From assembly GCA_041659405.1 (NCBI GenBank), contig JBAZYK010000001.1:90001-122000 (forward strand): a stretch of 32,000 nucleotides of DNA. The letters run 5' to 3'. The notes beneath the pieces were generated by a model. The model did not search any database, was not told where the DNA came from, and saw nothing but the letters and a program-made list of their open reading frames with translations. The stretch comes from Candidatus Altimarinota bacterium. Lineage in GTDB: Bacteria; Patescibacteriota; Gracilibacteria; UBA1369. The number at the start of each line of letters is the position of its first letter. Position 1 is the stretch's first letter. The translations under genes were made by a program, and so were the position numbers. Positions 14,984 through 28,000 of the stretch are shown here, piece after piece.

Positions 14984-15652
14984 CTATTTGGCGGAAGACT
15001 TTTCCAGTCTGATAACGCGCTTGTTGAGTTGTTTGATTTTTATGTTCATTGGGGCAATCGTTTTGTAGATTGCGTTAAATTTTTCGTCCTGCTGATCAAA
15101 TCTTTCATTGATTTCGGAGAATTTCTGATTCATGTAGTTTTCCATGCTAATATTTGAATCTTTTAAATCCTCAACGTCTTCACGAAGCATGGCAACTTCC
15201 ATCTTTAGTATGCCAATTTCTTCCCTCATTTGTAACATTTCCGCTATTACTTGCCCCAGCCCTAAAGATAAAGCGCCAATATCACGAAGCATGGGTTTGA
15301 AATATTTTTCCTCAAGTTTTGCTTCAAAGCTTTTTTCAAATTCGGCGAAACGTGTGTCAAACTTTTCATCCATCTTTGCGTCCATCCTCTTTTCGAACTC
15401 CGCAAACCGCAGATCAAACTTTTCATCCATCTTTGCATCCATCTTCTTTTCGAACTCCGCAAACCGCAGATCAAACTTTTCATCCATCTTTGCGTCCATC
15501 TTCTTTTCGAACTCCGCAAACCGCAGGTCGAACTTTTCGTCCATCTTTGCGTCCATCTTCTTTTCAAATTCGGCAAATCTAACCTTGAGCTGCGCGTCGA
15601 GGACCGTTTCGATTAAATCTGCCAGTTGTTTTAGGGTTGCTTGGTCAAACAT
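14984..15652 (-). CDS. Coiled-coil protein with 19-aa tandem repeats, function unknown
   Basis: 222 aa: MFDQATLKQLADLIETVLDAQLKVRFAEFEKKMDAKMDEKFDLRFAEFEKKMDAKMDEKFD...; C-terminal heptad-rich MREEIGILKMEVAMLREDVEDLKDS...IKQLNKRVIRLEKSSAK. Confidence 0.75.
   Translation of the reverse strand: MFDQATLKQLADLIETVLDAQLKVRFAEFEKKMDAKMDEKFDLRFAEFEKKMDAKMDEKFDLRFAEFEKKMDAKMDEKFDLRFAEFEKRMDAKMDEKFDTRFAEFEKSFEAKLEEKYFKPMLRDIGALSLGLGQVIAEMLQMREEIGILKMEVAMLREDVEDLKDSNISMENYMNQKFSEINERFDQQDEKFNAIYKTIAPMNIKIKQLNKRVIRLEKSSAK
15361..15588 (-). repeat. 57-bp tandem repeat encoding LRFAEFEKKMDAKMDEKFD
   Basis: Units at 15361-15417, 15418-15474 and 15475-15531, and a diverging unit from 15532; a further degenerate unit lies at lower coordinates. 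Confidence 0.92.
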
Positions 15653-16008
15653 AGTGGGGGTTTTAGATTATTAAATTAGTTCATGCCCGTTTAAAGGACA
15701 AGTGCATTTTAAAGAATCGACATGAAGAAAAACTAAAATGTTTCTTAAATTATGTTTAAATCCTGAAGGCAAACAACATCCGCATTTTCAGTCAATCTAA
15801 AATTACGAAATTTGGCCCTTTTAAGGCTTTTATGACCGATTTTTGATACTTAATTTGGCCGGATTTTGGTAAAATATAGAGAAGTAAAAAATGCCTGCGG
15901 AAAGTGCCGTCACAAAGCCATCAATGTTGTCAGGCTCCGGCGCCAAATCAAAAAAACGCGCCCGGCGGTGCTGATCAACAAAAACGTCTCTAACAAAAAG
16001 AAAAATCG

Positions 16009-19000
16009 ATGTCTGAATACAAAAACATACAACGAGTTATTGCCGGCCTGATCCTCTTCTTTTTGAACGTCCAAATTTTGGAAGTTCCGCTTAGTAAAGC
16101 GGCTCAGGACTGGGCAGCGCAGGGGCAAGCAAACGCCGCATCCGCCCAAGGCGCTTTATCCACCATTCCATCCGCAAAAGCCGTTGATCCAAATCAAAAT
16201 CCGGCAACTTTGCCTCATTTGGGAATCATCGCCATTTTGGTTGATGACGATTTGATGAACAATAAACAAAATTATGCCGGGCTAACGGCTCAATATGCAA
16301 AAGACCTGAATACTCAATTGCTTTCCGACCGTGTTCATCGTTATGCGATTGACGCGCAGAGCTCGCAGCCGAATACAAAATCGCTAATAATTAAAACTTC
16401 CCCAACCTCAAAGGTTGAAGATATTGCAAATAGCTTAGAAAAGTTGTACCTGGAAGGTGATGGCAGCAAGGGCAAAATCACCAACCTGGTTGGAGTTGTC
16501 ACAATTGGTGATGTGCCTTTGCCGGTTGTGAATAAAAATGGTTATCGTTTTGTAAGCATGATGCCTTATACCGATTTTGAGGATAAGGTTTATATTTTTG
16601 ACGCGGCCAGTAGCGACTATCTGCCAAATCCAAATTTAAAATTTGCCAAAGAAGAAGTCTGGCAGGGCGTGATCAAACCTCCACTAAAAGGCGAAGAAGG
16701 CAATAATCTTTTGGCTTCTTATTTCGACAAAAATCATCTGTATCACGCCGGAAATGCTGATTATTCCGTTTTTGATAAAAAGCTTTTATTTGCGGATCTG
16801 TACAACGAATTCAAATCCATGAATAAATTGCAGTTTAATAGTTATTTGCGCTACTTGGCGCACTGGGCCGATTTTGCTTATCTGCGTTTTAATAAACATT
16901 TAGCTGATCAGTTTTTGCAGGAAGTTACGGGCAAACTTAAGGAGCAGGGCGTACCAACAAGTACCAAGGATGCACAGGCGACAGCGGCAAAACAGCAGGC
17001 TGAATTAAATCAGGCCGGAATCCCAAGTGATGGGTTGTTAACTCCCCCATGTGATAAAGATTGCGAGGATGCCAAGAGTAAAAATCCAAAACTTCCCAAG
17101 GGCGACAATAATGTGCAAGCCGCGCCCTCTTCAACCAATAGCATGCCGGATATTCAAACCCGCACGCTCATTTTGAATTTTGTAAGTAAGTACGTTCAGC
17201 TTTTTGATAAATTTTTATCAACAATTAATGATTGGGCCAATTATACCGGCCGCTATAAGGCTGCTTATGAGGATGGCAATGGCAACACTTTAAGCGACAT
17301 TCACAGTATTCCGGCGCTTATAAGTATCAAGGATCAAAATACCAGTGAATATTTTAAACAGGTAAATGACAGCATTGAAAGTGCGATAGACCAACGTGCC
17401 CAGGAACTGCAAAACAGCATGTTAATGATCCAAAATGTTCACTTGAGTGGACAGGTTTTGCTTAGTGGACAACCAAAACCACAAGACCTTTTACCATGGG
17501 ATTTTGTGAATTTTTCGGAACATACTTTTGGCAATTTTAAGACTTTATCCGTAAATGGCGTTCCGGCTTTTGCAATGCAAAGCACGGCTGATTGCAGTAT
17601 TTATCGTGGATCAAACAACAATGGCACAAATTCGGTGATGACAAAATCAATCAAGATTTACAATCCAAAATCGGCAAGTCAAAGTGAAAATTTTGCCGAT
17701 GACATTGTTAATTTTGGTGGATGTTTGGGCAATAATTATAGCCACCCTGAACGCTGTTTCCCGGAAGCTGCGATTGTTCCGGTTTTTGACCTTGTGGGGT
17801 CCAAAGAAGTTGATCCTGCAACCGTTCCGGAAAGTGCCACAAATTACCGCGCCTGCTATGATTTTAAAGAGAAAAATAACTTTGCAAAATACATTGATCA
17901 GGTTGGAACATACCTGAAATTATTTAAATTATTGAAAGATGATCCGACCGCACAAGACTCGCTCGATCCAATATTAAAAACGTTTGGGTCTTCACATCTT
18001 CCCACGTCACAAATATTTATTTTTATATCGCCAAATGTGTTTATCACCCTGGCTGATGTTTTAAAGAAATTAAATATTCCCGCTGACGACTGGGGGCAGA
18101 TTGGTGAAGGCTTTTTGGCTAATCTAAAACAAAATCAGTATGTGCTAAATAACCCTTTTCCCGGTGTTGATTCTTTGACTATCAATTTAACCGCCGAGGC
18201 GGCTGTGGATAATTTGAAAAATGCTCCGATAATTTTGCCAACAATTTCTTATCATAAAGAGCCGACTGCGGATGTTCATAATAAGCCTTATACAAGTATT
18301 AATGAACAATTGCAGGCCGGTGGATTTACCGAAAGTTTACCAAGTGATAATCCCCGTTATGTGGCTTTCCAAGACAAACAAGGGTACTTTCAGAAAATTT
18401 ATTATCCGGATGCTTTTTCGGCAAAAAGTTATAACGATTATTTAAAATCATTACAGGACACCGAAAATAAAATTCTTGATCTGTATGGAAAATTTGACGT
18501 TAATCTGGCTCAAAAAAATGAACACTTCTTAACGAAATTACTTGGGGAACAGGATCAACAAAACGCTAAGGACAAGAGCATTTTTGACATTATTGGTGCC
18601 GCAAAATTGACGGATGCTTTTTCCTGGAAAGATTTGAATATCGATCAAAAGCATAATTATGTATTTACCGAATATTTGGGCGCAAAGGCCGATCCATATG
18701 TGGAAAAAATGAAGAGTGGTTATGAAGCCATGTATTTTGTGAGCCGTGGAAGTACGGATACTTTCCAAACGCAATTTAATGGCGATTATCCGGAAGATGA
18801 CAAGGATTTAAGTTTGGATAGTGCTTTGCATCCGGCCAATACTCCGGAAACTTCACCAAGTGATGCCGGTTATGCTAAAGCCAAAGAAGAAGGTGAAGGC
18901 ATCTTTATTTTTGAATGGTTTAAAGAAATTGTTAAGTGGGTCAAAGAAACCACCAATAAATTAAGCGCGACTATCCAACTTGAGCCGGTTTGCGGCGTGA

Positions 19001-22000
19001 ATGATGGAAAAGATCCTGAAACCGGTGGGGCCGGTGTTGGCCAAGGGCCTGTGAGTCAAACGGCAAATACAAGCAGGTTGATGATTTCCGCCAATAAAAA
19101 TGTTTTAAAAACAGGCTCCGGTGATACTTTGACTTTGACGGTTGTAGGCGTGGATAACAAAAATATTATCCAGGCTGCAGATAGTCAAACCATGGTTGAT
19201 TTGACCATTTCCAAAAGCAATGGACAGGATGTGGTGACAATCGCAAGTACTCATCCAATGCAATTAAGCGGCGGGCGCACGACTTTTATGCTTCAGGCTA
19301 CGGATGTTATTGGCAATGTAACGGTTAATGCGTTTGTTCAGGGCAAAAAAATCACTTCCAATACTGTGCCTATCAGTTCGACCAAAGGCAGCATTCGACT
19401 ACTTTCTTATGTGCGTACTACAGGTGTTGTTTACGCGGAAAAAGTTGCTTCCGGATTTATAATTAAAGATGCAAATGGAAATGTGATTGCAGAAGTGGAT
19501 GGCAAAACCGGCATGGTGACAATTAAAGATGATCGTTATCAGCTTTTGGCACAACCTTCGGAAGGGGCTAAACCGGTGCGTCTTTCGGTTCAACAAAAAA
19601 CCGGAGATCTAATTGTGGCGAGTGTCTTTTTTGCGGTTGATGGAAAACAGCCGATTTTAATTGATGGCCCGGATGTTGATTATCTGAAATCTTTTGCCGA
19701 TCTTGCTGGCGTGCATCTAAAAGATCTTTCCAATAAAGATGATTATTCCGCGCAAAAATCGAGTAATTCGTTTAACAAAAATGGAATTTATTTATACGAA
19801 AAAAATGGAAATAATCAAAATAAATTTGGCATTATAGATACTTTGGGGAATGTTTACCTTGCGGCCGGTTTTGGCTTTCAGATGAAGTCCCCTGCGCAAG
19901 GAGCTGATCCGGTTATTTTCCAGATTTTGGGCAAAGACAATAAAGCTTTATTTGAAATTTATTTGGGTATTCAGAATCCAACGGTGCAGATTCTGAAGCC
20001 CGAAGGTGATTATGCCGCTTACAATACTTTGAATAAGTCCCAGTCTGATTTTAATGAAATTCTACTTCAGGGCGCGTTTAAATTGCCGACAGGTAGCGAA
20101 AGTCAGAATTCGGACCTTTGGAATAAAGGCGCTACTGCAGGCGTTATTCCGGACAGTGATAACGATGGCTTAAACGATCTGCAGGAACTTTTAATCGGCA
20201 CTAATCCAAAGAATGCGGACACCAACGGTGATTTGATTAAAGATGGCGACGAAATCAATAAAAATCTTAGTCCGTTCATTAAAGATACGGCTCTGTTTAA
20301 AGATTTAACGCCGGCGCACGAAGCCTTTAACGATATTTTAAAACTTTATAAACGTGGAATTATTTCCGGTTATGCCGATGGAACCTTTAAGCCTGAAAGA
20401 TTATTAAGCCGTGAAGAATTTGTAAAATTGGATTTGGGAGCCATTTGTATTTATTGCACAAAACTAAGCGAAACTGTGAAGAAATCAATTGACGCGGTTT
20501 ATAATCAAAGTCCTTTCCCGGATAAAAACTTTACGCCAAACCTCTTATATTGTGTTAAAGAGGCCAAAAATCGTTCGATCGTTTCCGGATATAAAGGCGG
20601 GAATCAAGCCGGATATTATTTGCCGACCAATTCAATCAGCCGCGCGGAAGCGAGCAAAATTATTTTGGAAACCGCACGTCAGCAGGGAAACAGTAAAATC
20701 GCCGTTGATCCTTCAATTCCGGATGGCAAACCATGGTATTACAATTACGTTTTAACCACTCAAAAAGAACATTTCTATCCCAACGGTCGCTTTAAAGAGC
20801 TTGATACACTTGCTCCCGCTGAGTTTAAAACCTGGTTTGATGCTCAGTTACAACAGGCTGCAAGCGGACAAAGTAATGCCTTTGTGACTTGGATTTCCGG
20901 TGGAATTACGCGCGCGGAATTTTCGATTATGGTTTCCCGTTTGATCAATAAAACCGATTGTTTCGCGGACGACCAGGACCACGAGGGCTTATCCGATAAT
21001 CTGGAAAAATATGTGTATGGAAGTTCTCCAACCAATCCGGACACGGATAATGGCGGCGTTGATGATTTTACGGAAGTCGTAAATCAGATGAATCCGCTTG
21101 ATAAAAAAGATGATAATGATTCCGATGGCGATGGCATGCCAAACAGTTTTGAGGTTAAATATGGCTTGAATCCGTTTGATCCTACCGATACAAATAAGGA
21201 TAAAGACTTTGATGGTCTAACCAATTTGGAAGAATATCAATATGGAACCGATCCGTCCAATCCTGACACGGATGGTGGTGGCGTTAACGATGGCGATGAA
21301 GTTTTGCAGAAAATAAATCCGCTTGATGCCAAAGACGATTTTAAAAATGCCGGTGCCAAAAACGGTTCATACATCGTTGGCGACAATATTTTTGATAACT
21401 ATGTTTTTGACCAGCAAACACCTCCGGCCAATACTTCAAGTATAAATTTTGAAGATCAGGTGCCGGCAGATGGCAAGAGCAAGCTGTTTTTACGCGCAGA
21501 AGTTTTAAATGACAATGGCGACATAGATACCGCCCAAAATGGAACGGTTAAAATTTATCGCAAAACGGATTCCGGGAATTTTGCCAAGATTTCTCCCGAT
21601 CAGGTTAAATTGCAAAAGGGCGTTGCCGAAAGTGAAATTACCGCTTCTACCCACGCCGGTGAATATGTGGTTAACGCAGAATTGAATGGCAAGAAACTTC
21701 CGGTGGATGATAAATCAATTTTTGTTACACCGCTTGATCCGGCCAAAATCGAAATAAAAGTTGAATCTGCGTCTATTAAAAGTGGTGGGTTATCCAACAC
21801 AATTGCTTATGTTTATCTTGAGGATGTAAACGGCAATATTGTAAATAATGGCACTAATCAATTAACTTTTACTGTTGATGGACCCGGCCTGATTACTACC
21901 GGGGATGAAGATCCACAGCAAGATGGCATACAACTTTCAAGCGTCAGTGGTGAATTTGAGGTCATGATCGCTTCACAAAAAGACCCCGGACAAATTACAT

Positions 22001-25000
22001 TAAAGGCAACCTATCAGGCGCCGATTGATGAATTGGTAAGCCCTGAATTGGCCGCGGGTACCCAGGCGGTTACTCATATTTACTCGCGTGATGATTTGCA
22101 TTTGACGCTTATTCCGGCAAATGGAAGTATCCCATCCGATTACAGCACCGTTACAAGTTTGCAAGCTTCCGTGCTGGATAAAAATAATCAGGTTGTAAAA
22201 AACTTTAATGGAGTGGCACAGTTTGCTCTGCTTGACCCGCAACTTGGGAAACTGGTTTCAGGCTCTTCACAAGCGGTAAAAAACGGTCAGGCGCAAAATG
22301 CTTTTCAGGCAAGTAACAAAGCCGGTGATGCTAACATTTCTGTGACAATAAATGGATTTGATCCTGCAAACGCGATTGTAAAAACTGCTCCAAAAGAGGC
22401 CAAGAAAATTGTTTTAGAGGCGGCAAGCGATACAATCGAAAGCAATCCTTCATCAATAATGGAGGTTATTGGCAAACTTTATGACACCGACAATAATTTG
22501 GTGACTAATAACTCGACTACCCAGGTGACTATTCGCCTTACGGACGCAACCAAGCCTTATGGATTATTCGACAACCAGGCTGTACAAGCCAAAAACGGTA
22601 TCGTGAAATTCGCTCTTCGCGGGACGGGGAAAACCGGCCCAATTAACATTATTGCTTCCGCGAAAGGACTTTTAGATGGTGGTTTGCAACTTCAGAGCGT
22701 AAATAATTTCAAGGCGGATGATTTAAAAAATATTAATCCACAGGTTTTATTTGCCGCGGTTTTGGGTTCGGCTTTTGGTGATACATTTAAGGATAACTAT
22801 CTTGGTGGATGGTTCCTGTTTTCGGGAAAAACCCAAAGTGTACTTTCGTTGATGAGTGATCCAAAACCACATTTGGGACTTGTTCAAGTGGATTATAGCG
22901 GACGAATTAAAGCTTTGAGCAGTGATAGGCTTGAGTCTAAAATCATTCCCGGGAATGCGGTTAATCAGCCTACCCGTGTTATTTACACAGACACATTGAC
23001 CAGCCAAAACATCGCGGAAGTTTTTGCGATTGCCAAACCACAAACTGCGGCAAAGGTTTTGGCTGCGCAAGCGCCCGTTGCAAATCTGGCTGAAGGTATT
23101 TATCTGCAGAATCTTTCAGATACTCAGGATTATAGTGTTGCTCAGGCCGGTGACAGCGTAAGCCTGGTTAATAAAGGTAATGAAGCTGTGAAGATTTTCA
23201 ACAATGGCGCGGTGAAAATTTTTGATAACAACTTTGCCCTTAAATATGACCCTGCGGCCAATGATGCCTATTTTATTTTACAAATTTATGATGGTGGCGT
23301 CGCGGCGGCCCAAATTATTTATGCCTATGGCTTTAGCGGCGATGTTCAAAAATTACCGTTTGAATTTGCGTATTCCAATCAAGCAAATTATCAACCGGGT
23401 GTTTATGTACACATGCTGGATTCCGGTAAACAGTTTGAATTACTTCCATCTTTTTCTGGTAACTCAACCGCTTTGCCACAGGGCGCGCTAATCACGGATA
23501 CAAGCGAAGAAATGGCTAACACTCAGGCTCCCGGACTAAGTTATTCTTCAATTGAAACGGCAGCGGATAATCCCGGTGTTGGCTTTCAGGGCGATAATAA
23601 ATTTATGCTGCTTTTCTCCGCTGGTAATTCCGTGGGCGAAGCAAACGTGCCATACGCTTCAGAAATTGGCGTGGTGCTTGGTGATCCTACAGTCCGCCTA
23701 AATAATAAAATCAATGTTTCCAAAACCGGATTCACTCAAGATATTGGTCAGGAAATTTATTTTGGGAATGCCGTAATTCAGGAAATGCAGCCAATAGATT
23801 ATAACTCCGATGGCAATAAAGATTTGGTTGTGGCTTATCAGGATGGAAAAATGCGCTTGCTGCAAAATACCAATTCTTATCCGCGCTTTACGGATAAAGG
23901 CGTGCTGCTAAATTTCCCAAATGGAATAATCAGTTTTACGGTTGGAGATTTTAATAAAGATAATCAACCGGACATTGTGGTTGCTTCACAAGATAGCTGT
24001 AGAAAGGGCGAAATCTGCATTGATGAATATGTGAATAATAATGGTAATTTTGTTCGCAACCATTTAAAGTTGCAGGGTTTCACCGATAAAAATCGCATTA
24101 ACATGATTCGCTCCGGCGACATGAATAGTGATGGTTATGCAGACCTGGTTACCTCCGATGATGCAGGGGTAATCCGCGTTTTCTATAATCGTGGTGGCAG
24201 TTTTGACAAAGGCCAATTCATTGGATCACTGGGCGTTCATATCGCTCAAAACGATAATTTAAAAACCGAAGTTTTGGTTGCTTACGACGGCATGCCGAAA
24301 GTTGATCCTAAAGATTCAAACAGTGAACTTAATTTCAGAGAATTGCCGGTGCAATTGCCTAGGAGTGGCTTAAGCGCTGCAGATCAGCAGGCTTATGATG
24401 AAGCTCTTAATTCCGGATCGGATGCTGCAACTATCACAAGTTCTCCGTTAACGGATCAAACTCAGACTCAATTTCTTTTTGCCGATGTTGATCCGGCACT
24501 TTTTGCGTCCGAAAAACGTGCCAAGGATTTAACGCCTCCACTTGATACTTTGGCTCGTGGCGATGAAGTGGCTTACACAATAACTCTAAAAAATAGCGGT
24601 AATAATGATTTGCAAAATGTAATGGTGAGTGACGTTGTGCCAACAAGCATGGAAATTGAAAAAGATACAATTACCTGTAACGACTGCGGGAAAGAAACCA
24701 TGCGAATTGGTGAAACCGGAGAAAGTTTACGTCCGTATATTTTCAGCGGATTCAGTATTCCTAAAAAAGGAGAGCGCACTATTACCTATAAATCCAAAGT
24801 TAAAACTACGCCAAGAGTAAAAATTTATCTTGGTCAGAATTTGGATGCTGCCTATCCACAGGATAATTTTATGGATATTGGCGCCGCTCCGGATGGAAAT
24901 AACACCGGAAGAATGACTTATTTCTATTCGATTTCACAAAATCAGGTTAGTCAAGAAATGAATTATGGAACTTATGTTTCTCCTCCGCCGGATCCAAAAC

Positions 25001-28000
25001 TGGACGCACCTCCTCCTCCGGCAGATCCTTTAGGCATTGGGTCGCCTACTCCAAGCATGTTTGAGCTAAAAGATGATGACGGTATTCCGATTGTTTTAAA
25101 GGATTATCAGGACAAGCAAAATGGCGCGCCAAATGTAGATCAGACAATTTCCGATGAAGATTCGGACGGTTTGTCCAACTCCTGGGATGATTTTAATCAG
25201 GGGCTAAATGATCTTGATGCGGGCATTAGCAATGCCGCAGATGGCATTCAGGGCGCGATTGCCATGTTTACCTGTGGTGGTGGTTGTATTCCAATGCCTG
25301 TGAATTTTGCTTTTTTGGCTACCGGAAGTATTAACGTAATGGGTCTTCCGCTTGGCTTTGATCCCGGCTTGCCGGTTTTTGGCTGGGGCGCCCCATACCC
25401 GCCATTTCTTTGGCCGGGTAGCCCTTATCAGACAACACTTGGTGGAAGAATTTATCTTTCCCCAACTGCAACAATGAGCCTTGGAGTCGGTGTTTGTATT
25501 GGGCCATATCCGGTGGGCCTGTGTTGGGCCATTTCAGTCCCTCCGGTACTTTTGGGAATGGCAGGAATGTGTGAAGCGATTTCCGGCGGAATTGGAAAAG
25601 CTTTTGCCGGGGTCAATAACGCAATCCAATCGGTGAATAATTTGACCATAAGTTCAGATGGCACGCCACCGGACGCGGATAGCTCCGGCAGGTCCGAAAC
25701 AGGCGGGGTTAAGGGCAGCGCGACTTTGGGGAATTATCAATACAAAGCCAGTGTTGGAACCAATTTCCGTATACCCGGATTCCCTGCATTTATTACCAAA
25801 TGGATCAGCGATCAAACTTCTGAAATCATTAATAAATTGACCGATTTACCGGACTTTTATTTCTTATATCCGGACCCAACTTCCATCATTGGAATGGTTG
25901 TTCCAACCGATGAAGGTCAACAAAGTGGCAATTCCAAACGCACAAAATCTTTTACTTTCCCATCTTTCTCGGCTGATCCGTTTAAAGATAAAAGCGGTTT
26001 GGTGAAAGTGGCAAACACTTTTAATCCAAATAAAATTCTGGCTTTCATGAACAGTTTGCCGCTGATTCAGATTGAAGCTAAAGAAGTTACAATTAAGATT
26101 CCGGCCCTTTCAGATAAGGAAATCGAGAAATTCAAAGCTGACGCGCAACAATGGGTTGAAGATGAACGCAATGAAGTTAACAGAGTTTTAGCCTTGTGGG
26201 GATGCGGTAAAAAGCACCTTGATGCAAGCTGGAATCTGGTTACCGAAGACGGTGATTATGTGTCACCTTACCAAACCATGTGTGACAAATTGCTCTTAAA
26301 TATGACAGATTTGAAGGGAGCAATCGAAAAAAATATTGCCGTAATTGAGGCATATAAGGAATTGCCACGTCAAATTTTGGCCTGGAGAAATATTTACAAG
26401 AAATACCTTACTCAAATTATTTGTTATATTGACGCGATAATTCAATTCACCGGCGGTTATATTAAAAAACAACAGAGTCGCATAATGCTCTGGATTAAAA
26501 TGATCAAGGAAGTTAAAGAGCTGATTGAAACATGGAAAGCCATTCTTGATTTAATTATTAATTATCAGGCTACGTGTGACCGCTGCAGTAACGCGCGCTT
26601 TACGCTGGTGGAACTTATTTTGCGTCTGTTTGCCATAATTCCGGCGCCACCCGTGATCCCTTTTCCAAAGTGGCCGGATATTTATCTGGATTTGTCGCAG
26701 GTTAAAACCGGCTTAAAGATTTTATGGCCCGATGTGAAATTTATTCCCGAACGGTTGATCCTGCCAAAAATTCCTAGGTTAATTTTGCCGGATTTACCGA
26801 CATTGACGCTTAATTTGCCGGAGATTCCGGTTATCCCGGGTCCACCAAAAATCAATCTTGATTTGCCGGATTTACCACCGTTGCCACTTCCTTCTTTGCC
26901 GGATATTCCACCTCCACCAAAGGTGCCCGGTATACCGGCACAGGTTAAAATCGTGATCAATATCATTAAAACCATTCTTAGGATATGGTGCATGATTAAA
27001 AAAGGACTCCTGCCGGTACCTGAATTGATGCTTAAGGGGCATATCGAACAAATGACAGAGCGTTCGCTTTCTCCGCTGCTGCCAATTGATTTGGGAATCA
27101 AACTGCAGTTCCCGCCAATTAAATACGAATCACTGGATCGTATTGAAATTATTGGTAAAACAAATTTCCAACTTGAGTTTGGATTCATTTATGACTTTGT
27201 GAATAACCTTGCCGAAAAATGGAATTCGCTTGCGACCGACCTGGTTAATCTGCTTAATAAAAAAGTCCAGGATGCCGCCAAGGCTGCCCAATCCGCCGCT
27301 GATGCCGCCAACAAAGCTGCTAAAGAAGCCGTGCCGGGTGGAAATATTGATGTAGGCCCGGGTGGCGTAAACAAGAGCAGCAGCTTGATGCAGTTAATCG
27401 GTTCCATAGAACATAATTATGTCGCGGATAGCGGCACAATGAGTGATATTGCCGAAATTAAGGCGATGGCGCAGGAGCTTGGCGATACAGGCACTTCTGC
27501 CGATGTTAATGCCCTTTCTGTTCCGGTTGAAAATATGACAAATGCAGATTTGGATAGCATTTTGAAACAGCTTGAGCAAAATGATCCATATCTTGGATCG
27601 GCGCTTAAAGAATTAAAGATCGCCTCAAAAGATTTGGAAAAAACCGCTAAAGATGCCGCTGAAAATAATAAGGAAATCGAAAAAGATATTCATCTAACAG
27701 CAACCGAAACTTATTTGTCTAAAGATGATCCGCTTTTAAACCGCTCACTTTCCGACGTGAAATCGGGTATTGCGCTACAAGATCTGCCAACTCTTGATGT
27801 CCAAAATAAAATGGTGGCAATGCGTGATGCATTTATTAGTTATTCCGATGATCAAACATCTGCCAACGATCAAATTAACCAAATGCAGGATCTGGAAAGC
27901 ATTGGCCGATTCTTGGCTCAAGCTAAGCCACTTCAAGACTACCTCAAACAGGATGTAAATGGTGAAAACCGCGGGGTGGCTGCAATTGGCAGTGACAGCG

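Noticed and set aside
15144-15674. 176-aa plus-strand ORF MLIFESFKSSTSSRSMATS... and overlapping 104-aa minus-strand ORF at 15262-15576
   Set aside because: Both are frame shadows of the 57-bp tandem repeat. The period is divisible by 3, so all frames stay open. The 222-aa minus-strand frame has a sensible coiled-coil composition and is preferred.
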